Assembly (NCBI GenBank): GCA_964016885.1
Contig: OZ024743.1
Location: 335,792,001 to 335,856,000 of the forward strand
Length of the DNA stretch: 64,000 bases
Origin: Eledone cirrhosa
Taxonomy: Eukaryota
Reading direction: 5' to 3'
The position numbers and the translations under genes are program-made. This document shows positions 52,534 to 64,000 of the stretch, piece by piece. Every line of letters begins with the position of its first letter. The first letter of the stretch is position 1. The notes beneath the pieces are model-generated. The model had not been told where the DNA came from and did no database searches. It saw only the letters and a list, made by a program, of their open reading frames with translations.

Positions 52534-52535
<2 letters not shown>
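52270..52535 (+). mobile_element. Penelope-like pLTR fragment with degenerate hammerhead (52279-52321)
   Basis: GTCA-CTGAAGG-g-GTCAC...GTGAC-GAAA-GAAC-TT-TGAC. The downstream part is homologous to 35930-36085 and 58970-59090. Ends in (TA)n. Confidence 0.5.
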
Positions 52536-52564
<29 letters not shown>

Positions 52565-53029
52565 TTCTATTTCTATACAACTTTACTCTTCCTTCTAACC
52601 CCCCTGCTTGCTCATGTGTTATGATATTGTTGTTGCTACAGTGTATTGTTTGTACCTCATGTTCTAGTATGCTATTGAGCAGTAATTTAATATAGACATA
52701 TATAGATACATCTTACGCATATATCACACCAATGATTACTTAGATATGCAGATTTGTAATTGCTGCTTCATGAAGTAAAGAATCTATAATTTGAAATTAG
52801 AGCTAGACAATGCAACACAAATATTCCATAGAAATATTTCTTAAACGTATCTAAATATACCGAAATAATTCAAACATTGCCTCGGCAAAATTCTCCCAAT
52901 TAAGTATACTCAGATATAGAACGGAAATAGTATTTTCAAAATGTTTTCACAACGTTTTGGTATATCCTTAAAGTAAATTTCAATTAAAAGGGTCGAAAAC
53001 TACCCGGCCGTAGGCCAAAGAAAAACAAT

Positions 53030-53325
53030 TTCGTACTTGCTCGGATTTTGCTAATCCACTTCGAAGTAGGCTCTGTGTGCCTCCACACACTTAGCCCAGC
53101 GATCATTCCACTGTTTGAAGCACATCTGGAATGTTTCTTCCGGAATGGCTCCTAGCTCCTTCATCGTAGTTCGCATGTTATCGTCGTATCTCTCAAACTG
53201 TGTGTCTCTCAGTGGTATCTTCATTTTTATGAACAGCCAGAAGCCTGAAGGAACTATGACTGGAGAGTAGACAGCCTGATGAATGAAGAAGCGGAGACAT
53301 GTTTTTCTTTGCCAAGAAAGATTGG
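53030..53325 (-). mobile_element. Mariner transposase C-terminal fragment
   Basis: Reverse strand gives YSPVIVPSGFWLFIKMKIPLRDTQFE..., a decayed YSPDLAPxDFWLF motif. Confidence 0.6.
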
Positions 53326-53384
53326 ATCAGCTGCAACGAATGTAGAAGGGTGTTGTCATGATGCAACTGCTAGTATTACACGGC

Positions 53385-55720
53385 CCACGACCAGCCAAGC
53401 TCATGGATTTTATCCAACCATTTTTCTCGGGGTCTACTGCTGAGTCTTCTGTCGGTTGGTTTGGCCCGTAAAAGTTGTCAGGTGACTCTTTCCTAAGACA
53501 TTTTAACCACATATCCATATCATCGGATCTCTGATCTCTCAATTCAGAGAAGTAGTGGCTCTACCTGGAGTGACTCTCTGATCTCCGGTGCTACGCATCT
53601 ATCGAGTAACGTTACTCCAAAGACCCTCCGGAGTAATCCCATTCCTGCCGCTTGTTCTTGCGATCGTTTTCTTTCGGTCATTATCCAAGATTCATGACCA
53701 TAGGTAAGAGTTGGCACAAAAACAGAATTGAAGATAGCGAGACAGCATGTCAATCATGTTTATGAAAATAATGAACAGGAGAGGTGATAGTACGCACTCT
53801 TGGCGGAGTCTGAATGCCACATTGAATGTTTTCGATCTAGCACAATTTGTCCGAACACAAAATTTTCAGGCATTAAATACAGACACACCAGCACAGCAAG
53901 AAGCTGACCATCGATCCCATACTCCTGCAGAACCTTCTACAGGAGGTCCCGATGAACGTGGCCATATGCCTTTTCAAGGTCGACAAAACAAGAATGGATT
54001 TATTGGCAATACTCCCACGTATTTTCGAATTCATGCCGCAGTATGAATATTTGGTTGGCTCTGTTGTGTCCGAGGTGAAAACAACACTGTTCAGCAGCTA
54101 GCTTGGACTTGACAATCTACCTGCATCTCTTTGCCAGATACTTACCATAGACTTTACCGGGGAAGGTTAACAATGAGATCCCTCTCTAATTGGAATAATC
54201 TCTCTTGTCTCTCTTTTTGAAAATTAGGATTATCAGCCCGATTGCCATTGTTTATGTGCCTTTCCAGAGATCCAGGCCACCCGGCACATACGAATCAGCC
54301 AGAGATACATTTTCTATTTAAGGCTTTTAAAATCTCGGGCTGAATTTAATTTACGCCTGCGGTCTTGCGACATTTGAGTTCTTTAACTGCTCGTATGACA
54401 TCAGCCTCTGAGAGATTAGTCACCGCTCCCATATGTACGTCAATTATATCCACAGATGTTGTGACCGGGTTTAGCAGATCAGAAAAAAATATTCTATCCA
54501 CATCCCAAGGATGCACCTCTCCCAAGAGAGAAGAATCCCAGACACGTTCTAGGTAACAGGTGTGGAGGATGGTCTACCACATCATTTTATTTGCTGATAT
54601 GAAGCTTAACCCCGAATTCTTCCCATGTCTTATCATTGGAAGGCTTTACTGTCTTTGCTGCGATTCTTTGTGCCTGCTTGTAAAAGCAAATGCAAGAAGG
54701 GGGACATATTTCTAAGCCAAGCTTTGTAAGCTTCGTTTGCTCGGATGGCATCTTTGACCTCTTGATTGAACCAGCGTGTCCTCCTGCCATCCGGCACCAC
54801 ACCAAACCTCTTTCGCCCGCAGCATTTAACAGCTGAAGCAGAAACTGTTGCGCTGAACAATTCCTACTCTGTTTCAACGTCCTCAGTTTGCTCGGGAAGT
54901 TCTCTGAATTAGTATCTGCATACATGGCCCTGAGTTCCTTATCCAATTATCCCTCAATGCTTCCCACGTTATCCTGTTGGTCGCCCTGGACCTGCCAGGT
55001 TTGTGGGCTTCTTTTGCTTTAGGTAGTCCCGAGTTGAAGATAACTAAATGGTGATCAGTTGACAGCTCAGCCCCTCTCTCAACACGAACATGCAGCACAG
55101 AATCAAAGAGCTAAGAGACAATAACAAAATCAATTATTGATCTCTCTTCCTGATTCCCCTTATAGTATGTACATTTATGGATGTCTCTGTGGTGAAAGTA
55201 AGTGTTCTCAATAGAGAGTACATTGCTAGAACATAAGTCTAATAATGCCCTCCATTCGTATATAAATCGTGGTCGCCATTCCTTCCAACCACCCCTTTCT
55301 ATGTCAGCTCGTCAATACCAACATATGCATTGAAGTCTCCTATGAATCAAAGGCTTCATCAAGGAATGACATGTATTCGAACATCTTGTTTGGTGCATAA
55401 ATTTGCACCACACGCAGGGACCTATCTTTCAGTCTTCAAGAGGCAAATCCTCGTTCCTAATAGGATCTAGTCTAGAACACATTCTGACGGCCGGGGGCCT
55501 GTGGGTATCCCCACTCCCGTCTGTGAAGTCATCTACATGTGCAGTTTCTGGCACCACATCGGAATAGTGGAGTTTCCATCCTCCATCCAATTCTACAGTA
55601 TCAGAGACATGGATCTTTGTATAAATCTGGGTACCTGCACCCATAATAAATCATATTTACCTCAATATTTGTTGCCTTTTTCCCCTTAATTAGCTTCATT
55701 CTTTCCATGTTCTTAACCAA
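53385..55720 (-). mobile_element. Decayed RTE-clade LINE (APE, RT and C-terminal fragments)
   Basis: GAELSTDHHLV, TRWFNQEVKDAIRA, LAIFNSVFVPTLTYGHESW...LLRRVFGVTLLDR, with many frameshifts. Confidence 0.85.
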
Positions 55721-56046
55721 CCCATCAAAGAAACAAAATTAAGTCAGTTTTGGTGAAAACTGCGCGTCCGTCCCAATAAGAAATGTGGCGCAAGGGAGAC
55801 ATGGTTTGATGTGTAATTATAAAAAAATGGAAGAAAGGCATTCGATGGTGGAAATTGACCAGCATCGACGGGTTACTCTGCTTGCATATAGTGATAAAAG
55901 GTACTGAAGTAAAGTATACGCACATTTACTACACATATGTAGAGAGAGAGATAGGGAGTGGAAGATGTCTTATGGCCTACAACTGTTTCATTTGTATGAT
56001 TCCATACGAATGAAACAGTTTTAGTCCAGTAGAAGTCATTTATATA

Positions 56047-56880
56047 CGAGGGGTCGTCAAAACGTTCGCGGAAAAAGGAGAGTTGGAAAAAATGGTTTAA
56101 ATTATGATGTTTATATTTCAACATATGCTCTATCTAGGTCAATACACTTCTGAAAGCGTTGATACCATCCTTTAAGTCTATCTGCGTAAAACTGAGGGAC
56201 ATCTGATTTAAACCATGTCAAAGAAACTGTTTTACATCTTCAACTGATGGAAAATGAATCCCTTTCAAGGATTTTTTCAGGTTTCGAAACAAAAAGATGT
56301 CGGATTGGACTAAATCGGGACTGTAAGGTATATGTCGGATGATTTCAAATCGAAATTCACGTAACACAGCTCGTTTCTGCTGAGCCCCGTGAGCGGGCGC
56401 ATGGTCGTAGCGGAAGAGGACGCTTCCACGGGGATTTTCCGCGATTTTCTTGGTCAATTATCTCAAAACCCTTTCATAATATGCAGCTGTAATTGTTCTC
56501 TTGTTCTGAGGAAGTCAACCAGCAAAATCCCCTCTGCATTTCAGAAGACAGTGGACTTCAGTTTCACTCTTGAACGCTCCGATTCTGCTTTGACTGGTGC
56601 AGGTCCACCCCTGGTCAGCCACTGCTTCGTTTGCAATTTGTCCTCGGGATCGTACTGGTAGAGTCACGTTTCATCTCCGTTAACAATACTTTGCAGAAAA
56701 GCTTCTGGGTCTTCGTCCAACTTGTTCAATATTTCCACCGAAAAGCTGCCCTTGTTTGCCATTGATCTCGGTGCAACAGCTTTGGGATCCATCGAGCGGA
56801 AAGCTTGCTCAGCCCCAAATTCTCCACCAGAATTGCATGTACGGAGATGTTGAGTGTGCCAGCTACCGATTCAGTGGTTA
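56047..56880 (-). mobile_element. Mariner (D,D34D-type) transposon, 3' half with one TIR
   Basis: TA followed by CGAGGG... TIR start. Peptide DHAPAH...HIPYSPDLVQSDIFLFRNLKKSLKG. Confidence 0.85.
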
Positions 56881-57574
56881 TTCTCCTATCCTTTTTATGT
56901 GATTAACTTATGATAAATATACTCATACATATTTACTATATTTGTAAACTTTATTTGTAGGTTAAATGATTCTGATTTTGAATTTTGTAACAAAATATTG
57001 AATATATTTATTAATTTAACTATACTTCTGATTATCATTGAAAATATTTCATATTGTTTAACTTTTGATTTAATATATTAGTATAATTTCGCTCAAACAT
57101 AACCAAATACAATAAATAGTAATAATTTTAACGGTATTTAATTGATCGCTTCTACCTGACTTAATATTAGAAAAGAACTGTCACGCATCATATCCCTTTC
57201 TTCTTTCTTTCTTTCTTTCTTTCTTTCCTATTGCAGTTATGTATTCCATCCTCTCTTTTATCTCCCTCACCCTCCTTCTTTTTATCTCACCCCCCCCCCC
57301 TCTCTTCTATTTAGCACTTTCTCTCTCGTCTGCTTCTTCTCTAACATGAATATTTAAATATTTTAACATTTATGTTTATTTATTTATTCTATATTTTCTC
57401 ATACCCACCCCCTCTTGATACTTATATCTCGCTTCACATCCCTCTCTTCATCATATTTAGCTTGTCATGTTATTCCTTCTTGTGGTATATAAATATAGAG
57501 TTTTGTTGTAATAAATCACTGCCAAGACTGAAATCAAACCATCAAGACAGTTGAGGTATGTCGTACATCAATTT

Positions 57575-57644
57575 ATGTATTTAATCTGATGAGGACGTAC
57601 TGAAAAAACAGCACAGTACCTCCGAAATATATATAATAAAACAT
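57575..57644 (+). ncRNA. Type I hammerhead ribozyme motif
   Basis: ATGTATTTAAT-CTGATGA-GGACGTACTG...CAGTACCTCC-GAAA-TATATA-TA-ATAAAACAT: 9/10-bp stem II, palindromic stem III, imperfect stem I. Confidence 0.75.
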
Positions 57645-57798
57645 ATATTTTGATTATGTGAACGTCTTCATTTATTAATATTTTGAATAATATTAATAAC
57701 TCCAGATAACTTTCTTTGTTAAGTGTTTTGAATCTATTGTAAAACTATATTCATTGAGTAATCAATGAACCTTATTATCAATTGATTATATATATATA

Positions 57799-58424
57799 TA
57801 ATTGAAAATGCGGAGAATAACATGGTCAACAGTACAAAAAAGGGGATTTATTTGCAGTTTAACAATTGTTTCCCTGATAGAGATGTCTAAAAATTGCTGA
57901 ACACTAAAAGCAGTGCCACTCAATTTTAAATACTATGTTAACTCTATTAGATCTTCAGAAACTGTTAAAAAAATATATATGTAACCGGCAAAATTACAAA
58001 TTCAAATTACATCATCAATAATAATATTAATAATAAAGATATAGAAAGAAAAGGAGGAAGAAAGGAGGAAGAAAGGATGATGTAATTTGAATTTGTAATT
58101 TTGCCGGTTACATATATATTTTTTTAACAGTTTCTGAAGATCTAATAGTGTTAACATAGTATTTAAAATTGAGTGGCACTGCTTTTAGTGTTCAGCAATT
58201 TTTAGACATCTCTATCAGTGAAACAATTGTACTGTTGACCATGTTATTCTCCACTTTTTCAATTTTATTACTCCAAGATAAACTTACATAGGAATACATG
58301 TGAAATCATAAACTCGTCATCTACGTAAACCTCTTGCTGAGTCAGACAACGCCGTACGCTAAAACTATCCATAATAAGTATTCACAACCTTTAATTGGAT
58401 TACCAAAAACGATATTTTGTTATC

Positions 58425-58430
<6 letters not shown>
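57799..58430. mobile_element. Penelope-like fragment with inverted 5' arm (57799-58016 vs 58076-58264)
   Basis: About 200-bp inverted arms, each containing a hammerhead motif. (TA)n flanks. Same family as 6513-6981. Confidence 0.7.
57855..57964 (-). ncRNA. Type I hammerhead motif with long stem II insertion
   Basis: CAGTTT-CTGAAGA-TCTAATAG...CTATCAGG-GAAA-CAATTG-TT-AAACTG. The plus-strand copy at 58128-58236 has lost the 3' strand of stem I by deletion. Confidence 0.72.
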
Positions 58431-58498
<68 letters not shown>

Positions 58499-58580
58499 AG
58501 GATGAATATAAAATGAAAGTGCTTTTGTTAAAAAAGGAATCTATTAGGTATTGATATATGTTTCTGTAACAGATATATAT

Positions 58581-59087
58581 ATATTGTTATACTTGGGGAG
58601 GGTCATATTTGTGTAATATTGCCAGAATTAATAACAGAACACACTCACTGTTTGGTTGGTTTTCGCTTTTCGCTTCTGTGTCTTTTATATCGGTAATCTA
58701 ATTTATTCGGTCCTCAATGTTGCCATTGACTGACCAACGGTCAAAAATAATACAGATACAATATAGATACAAACACATATATATATAGTTTATCAAAGTT
58801 CTTTCGTTGCACATCTGCAACATTTATCAAAAGCACTTTGATTAAATATATATATATGTTTGTGTCTACATTGTATCTGTATTATTTTTTACCGTTGGTC
58901 AGTCAATGGCAACATTGAGGACCGAATAAATTAGATTACCCATATAAAAGACACAGAAGCGAAAAGCGAAAACCAACCAAACAGTGAGTGTTCTGTTATT
59001 AATTCTGGCAATATTACACAAATATGACCCTCCCCAAGTATAACAATATTCGTTTCGACACACGATTTCATATCAAAAACCTCGCAA

Positions 59088-59090
<3 letters not shown>
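58581..59090. mobile_element. Fold-back element with about 220-bp arms (Penelope-like inverted truncation)
   Basis: 58581-58800 is the reverse complement of about 58835-59050. The centre holds a half hammerhead, GTTGCA-GATG-TGCAAC-GAAA-GAAC-TT, on the minus strand. (TA)n flanks. Confidence 0.7.
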
Positions 59091-59160
<70 letters not shown>

Positions 59161-59162
59161 CA

Positions 59163-59230
<68 letters not shown>

Positions 59231-59524
59231 CATGTATGTATATATATATATATATATATATATTTCTTTTCAATGGCTGACAATACCTTACCGGCGCCAC
59301 TCGAATAAGGTAGTTATTTAACCCATAAATGGAGCCCTAACAGGTACTACAACCCCGGGCCAGGGCAGACCTGGGAGTCATGACAACTAAGGGGTAACTC
59401 CACATTCCCCACATCTCCTGAACTCCCGAACTGGAGCCTTGCCACTGGATGTAGTTTAATTTCATACCCAGATCTCGGGAATTTTACCCGCCTTAGATAT
59501 ATATATATATATATATATATATAC

Positions 59525-60364
59525 AGTATTTTCCGTTGTGTTGTAATATAAATATTACACACAGTAGATTATCAGCTCACGTAGAGTTTGCTCGACGGTT
59601 CCAGTTGTAGTTCCAAAAGTAATCCGGAGAAAAATAGAAAGATTTGAATGGATACAGTTTAGTTGAAAGGAATTTATTGACACGTGTTTCTATAACAGTT
59701 ACATAACCTAAAACAGCTATCTACAAACTTTTAGTTATGCAGACATTCAATATTTCAATGTTATTATTTACTGTCATTTCATCAGAATAATATTACTGAG
59801 GATCTATTTAGTTTTTATAGAGAATATTAGGAGGGAGGGGTGAAGTTGTTAGAAGAATAGTTGAAGGAGTGGTTTTTCGATAGCAGTGAGAATTCTTGGT
59901 GGCAGTGAGTAATTAGATTCCCATCTGTTGTTTTGACATTTTTTATAGAATATATTATTGGTTATTTTTCTAAATCTATAGAAGGATTAGAGATAGTGAA
60001 GATATGCGTGGTTGGTTTTGTGTTTGCACTTAATTAACATTCAGACTTAAATTTTTCTTTCAAGTGTACGTATCCTTTCACCCACGCATTCACACACAAA
60101 TATATTTGCACACCTCTACAAAATACATATACACACAATTCACATATTCATACTTACATATATATACACATGCATACACATATATACACACATGTATTTA
60201 TGTACATACATACGCGCTCATGTGTATACATTTTCATACTCAACTTATCTTTATATACACACGTATAGACACACACATATATACATACATACTCTAGTCC
60301 ATGTGTACACACATACACATACATACACATCCATATACACATATATACATACATATATATACAT

Positions 60365-60437
<73 letters not shown>

Positions 60438-61012
60438 TACATACATATACACACATATACATATATATATATAAGCACTTTAATACATGAATACACTTAC
60501 ATCTAACTATACACATCAAACATATATATATATTTACTTATTTATATACATTTTCACATATATATACATACTTATGGACGTTTTTAGACACATTCATTAT
60601 CGCATATTTGTACCTATTCTCATCAGCATATCTTTTCATTATTAGTATGGTAATTTAAGGTTATTAATATATGTTGAGAAGAGATTGTTTTTATATTTTT
60701 CTAACTAGATTAAGGTTTATATAGTTGGGGGATGTCCCTCTTTTATGTAATATTCGGCTTGTAGTGGGAAAAAAGGGTTTTAGTTCTGTGACGGCAGAAT
60801 AATGTTTGTTCAATTCTGTTATTCAGCAGTTTCTTCTTGTGTGTGATTATGTAATAAATCTCAAGATTACACAATTTGCAGAAATTTTGGCTCCTGGAAA
60901 AGCTTTGGGTTTTAGCTAATTTTTCCCATTTTAGGGTAAACTTTTGATCGCTATCCCTGAGCGTCGAAGCTTTTTCTGCTAGAGTTGTTACATTCAGTAT
61001 ATGGCATTTCCG
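59525..61012 (-). mobile_element. 5'-truncated Penelope-like retroelement: endonuclease C-terminus plus pLTR with hammerhead
   Basis: 60780-61000 on the minus strand reads NVTTLAEKASTLRDSDQKFTLKWEKLAKTQSFSRSQNFCKLCNLEIYYIITHKKKLLNNRIEQTLFCRHRT (TxL...W...CxLCxxE...LNxRxE...CRH signature). The hammerhead is downstream on the same strand, and (TA)n lies at both ends. Confidence 0.78.
59674..59790 (-). ncRNA. Type I hammerhead motif with GUC cleavage triplet and long stem II insertion
   Basis: TTATT-CTGATGA-aATGACAGT...ACTGTTATa-GAAA-CACGTG-TC-AATAA. Confidence 0.8.
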
Positions 61013-61069
61013 CTATATATATATATATATATAGCGGAAATGCCATATACCGAATGTCTTAGAAGATGT

Positions 61070-61090
61070 ATATATACATATATATATATA

Positions 61091-61160
<70 letters not shown>

Positions 61161-62460
61161 TGTGTGTGTATTTGTGTGTGTGTATATGTATGTGTACGAG
61201 TCTATGAGCGTATATTTGTGTGTAATTGTGTTTGTGTTGGAGTGTAGGTGTGTATGTGTGTGTATCTGTGTGTTTGAATGTGCATCTGTATTTGTCTGTT
61301 GGTGTGTGTATCAGTGCGTGCATGTGTATGTATGTGTTTGTGTGTGTATCAGTGCGCGCATCTGTGTATATGAGCTTATGTGTGAATCATGAAAATGTGT
61401 GTGTGTATTTATGTACATAAAAATCATGATTTAATATAAGTTATTTCCATTCACTCGTATTAGTGGAAGCGATCATCTGATATGTTTCAAGACTTTCAGT
61501 ACTTGACGTTAATTACTAAAGCTGAAGACAACTTCTACCTGATGGCCAGCTCTCAATATTCTACTAACTTTTCTTTACTTATTGACAAGGTATCATTTTT
61601 GTGGGCGATATCAACTAACTCCAGCTGATCTGACTGACTTCCAATGAACAATATATATGATCCACACATATCTACACAACTGTACACTCACACACACACA
61701 CAGATACACACAGACACACACAGACACACATAGACACACACATCCTCACATACACACACATATGTATATATGTATGCGTGTGTGTGTGTGTGTGCATGAG
61801 CAATAAATATCATGCACACACATCACAAATGTATACATTTATACTCACATATACATATGTACACACACACATATACACATGTACACTCAAACAAATAGAC
61901 ACATATATACATATAGATATGTGTGTGTGAACAATGTATATCATACACACGCATATACACAAGTAAACTCAAACACATATACATATATATATGTGTGTGT
62001 GTTTGTGAACAATATATATATATATATTTATCATACACACACACATACACATGTACACTCATGTACACATATACATTTATGTGTGTGTGTGAACAATATA
62101 TATCACACACACATACACGCACACACACACACATATATATATATATATGTATTTGTGTGTGTGTGTGTGCGTCTGTGAGTGATTGTGTGTGAATGTATGT
62201 GTGTATAACTATACAAATACCTATGTCTGTGTGTATATCTATATAAATGCATGTATGCGTATATAACTATATAAATACATGTGTATGTGTGTATAACTAT
62301 GCAAATACATATGTATGTGTGTATAACTATATGAATGCATATATGTGTATATAACTATACAAATACATATGTATGTGTGTATAACTATATGAATGCATAT
62401 ATGTGTATATAACTATACAAATACATATGTATGTGTATATAACTATATAAATACATGCAC
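61070..62460. repeat. TG/CA/TA low-complexity tracts and a roughly 32-nt minisatellite (62195-62455)
   Basis: Seen directly (gtgtataactat...aaatacatatgtat unit). Confidence 0.85.
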
Positions 62461-64000
62461 ACAGACACATTCAAAATTATATATAGTGAAATAAAATGCA
62501 TATGCTGTCGGTTTCGACAAAAGTATTCCATTTGTACGATAAATCTGTGTCTGGTATTTGATGTCATATAAGGCTCATAGGTATAACACAAAACTTAAAA
62601 TATTAAACAAACTTTTTAGTTCGTTTAAATATCTAATGTATTTTGAAATATATAGTTGCTATATAGCAAGAAAAATAGAAACTTCAACAAAATATGCAAT
62701 AAGGATAGTAGTAAAAAAACATCAGCTGACATTTATATTTAAAAAAAGCAATTGAATTATAGCAGAAAACATTTAATAAATACTGGTAAATCAGTAAATA
62801 AGGAGAATAATGGTTTACAAAAAAATTACATATGCTACATAGATGAAATAATCAAACATGGCAGAAAAAATAAACAAAGCATGTTAGAGCATAAAAATGT
62901 TACACATAGCAAGTTAGTGATATATTTGAACATAAAGCATGTTATCAAAGAAGAAAAACAATTATTTATAGCAACAATATCACACTGTACATTTATATAG
63001 TTGTACATAAAAGAATACGAAATCAGTTTAGCGATATCAAAAAGCTTTTTATTCTAATATTTTACTTTCATCATAACCTGGTAGTTTCTATGTAATTGTT
63101 GATTTTTGAAAAACCCTGCATTTTAATGAATAGGTGACATCTATCTTCAGCTACTACAAAACCTAAGTCTCTTCTTTTCCTCTTCACACCTCTGCCTGAT
63201 ACTGGTATCATATAACCCACTACCACCTGCTTCATGGTCGAGTGGTCGGAGACAAAACCGATTACCCCTTCAGACCTTTGTCTGGTGAATTGGGTATGTG
63301 GGAACCCCAGAAGCACAAAAAGCAGGAGTTGTTAAAAGGGTGGATCAACTCCTCGGAGTCAACGGCCACCCACTCCAAACTATGGTTTAAATAGCCTCAC
63401 CAACACACAATTGGCCAAGCGTGGTGAGTATGGCTACATTCATGAAGATATGACCAAAACCAAAAGTGGTGGATATATACAAGGGAAGGGTTCTTCTAAT
63501 AGGTGTGAGAAGGCCCTGGATTTCATTGGATAGGACTACAACTGAAGATGTTTCCCCTAAAGCCATATACCCGAGAGGAAACTTTTCCACTGCTATGATC
63601 ATATAGTTCTTCTTGTTATATTATTTTGTTGTTTTTTACATAATCTGTTTTATTGATAAACACCAAATACACGAAAGTAGCAGCGGAAAATGAGCCTGAT
63701 TAACGGTTTTCGATGGGCAACGATAGCTAGTGGGGATGCTACTGAGCTACACAATGATAAATATCCCCAGCAGCGTTACTCATCATTATCACTCTAATTT
63801 TATAAACAACGATGACATTTTTATTTTTGACATTTTTATTCACAGAGAAAACGAAAGCAGCATTAGAGGAACAGGAGCAGAATAGCAAAGGAAGAGAGAA
63901 AGAGAGGGGGAGAGTGCGACAAACCCTACAGCTAGATCAGAGAGGTGTTTCGGCTGCGCCCCGCAGGCAAAATGGCAAAGGCATTTCCGTATGCGATGGT

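Noticed and set aside
63070-63602. GC-richer segment, possibly a LINE fragment
   Set aside because: Only a vague GGxGL-like word and no diagnostic motif.

Overview
AT-rich, repeat-dense eukaryotic (metazoan) genomic DNA. The tRNA-derived SINEs and the microsatellite load suggest a coleoid cephalopod such as Octopus, but that is an inference. There are no prokaryotic features. The long real ORFs belong to non-LTR retrotransposons: (i) a head-to-tail array of R4/Dong-like RT-RLE elements (one intact 1130-aa ORF plus three 5'-truncated copies from two families), each bounded by (TAA)n, at about 24.5-32.9 kb; (ii) an apparently intact Tx1-clade L1-like element (CCHC ORF1 plus APE-RT ORF2) in (TATC)n at 45.7-51.4 kb. 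The ORF track misses the most interesting signal: at least six type I hammerhead ribozyme motifs with palindromic stem III, plus degenerate ones. They sit in short Penelope-like/retrozyme-like elements embedded in (TA)n tracts, with terminal-redundant or fold-back structure. Also present: a non-autonomous Helitron whose empty site survives in a paralogous segment, an inverted plus direct segmental duplication around the R4 array, a satellite of about 36 hairpin cores with (GGT)n spacers, putative exons of a decayed host gene, and RTE, CRE-like, mariner and SINE fragments. Most other ORFs in the track are microsatellite artefacts. All calls were made by eye, without alignment or folding software.
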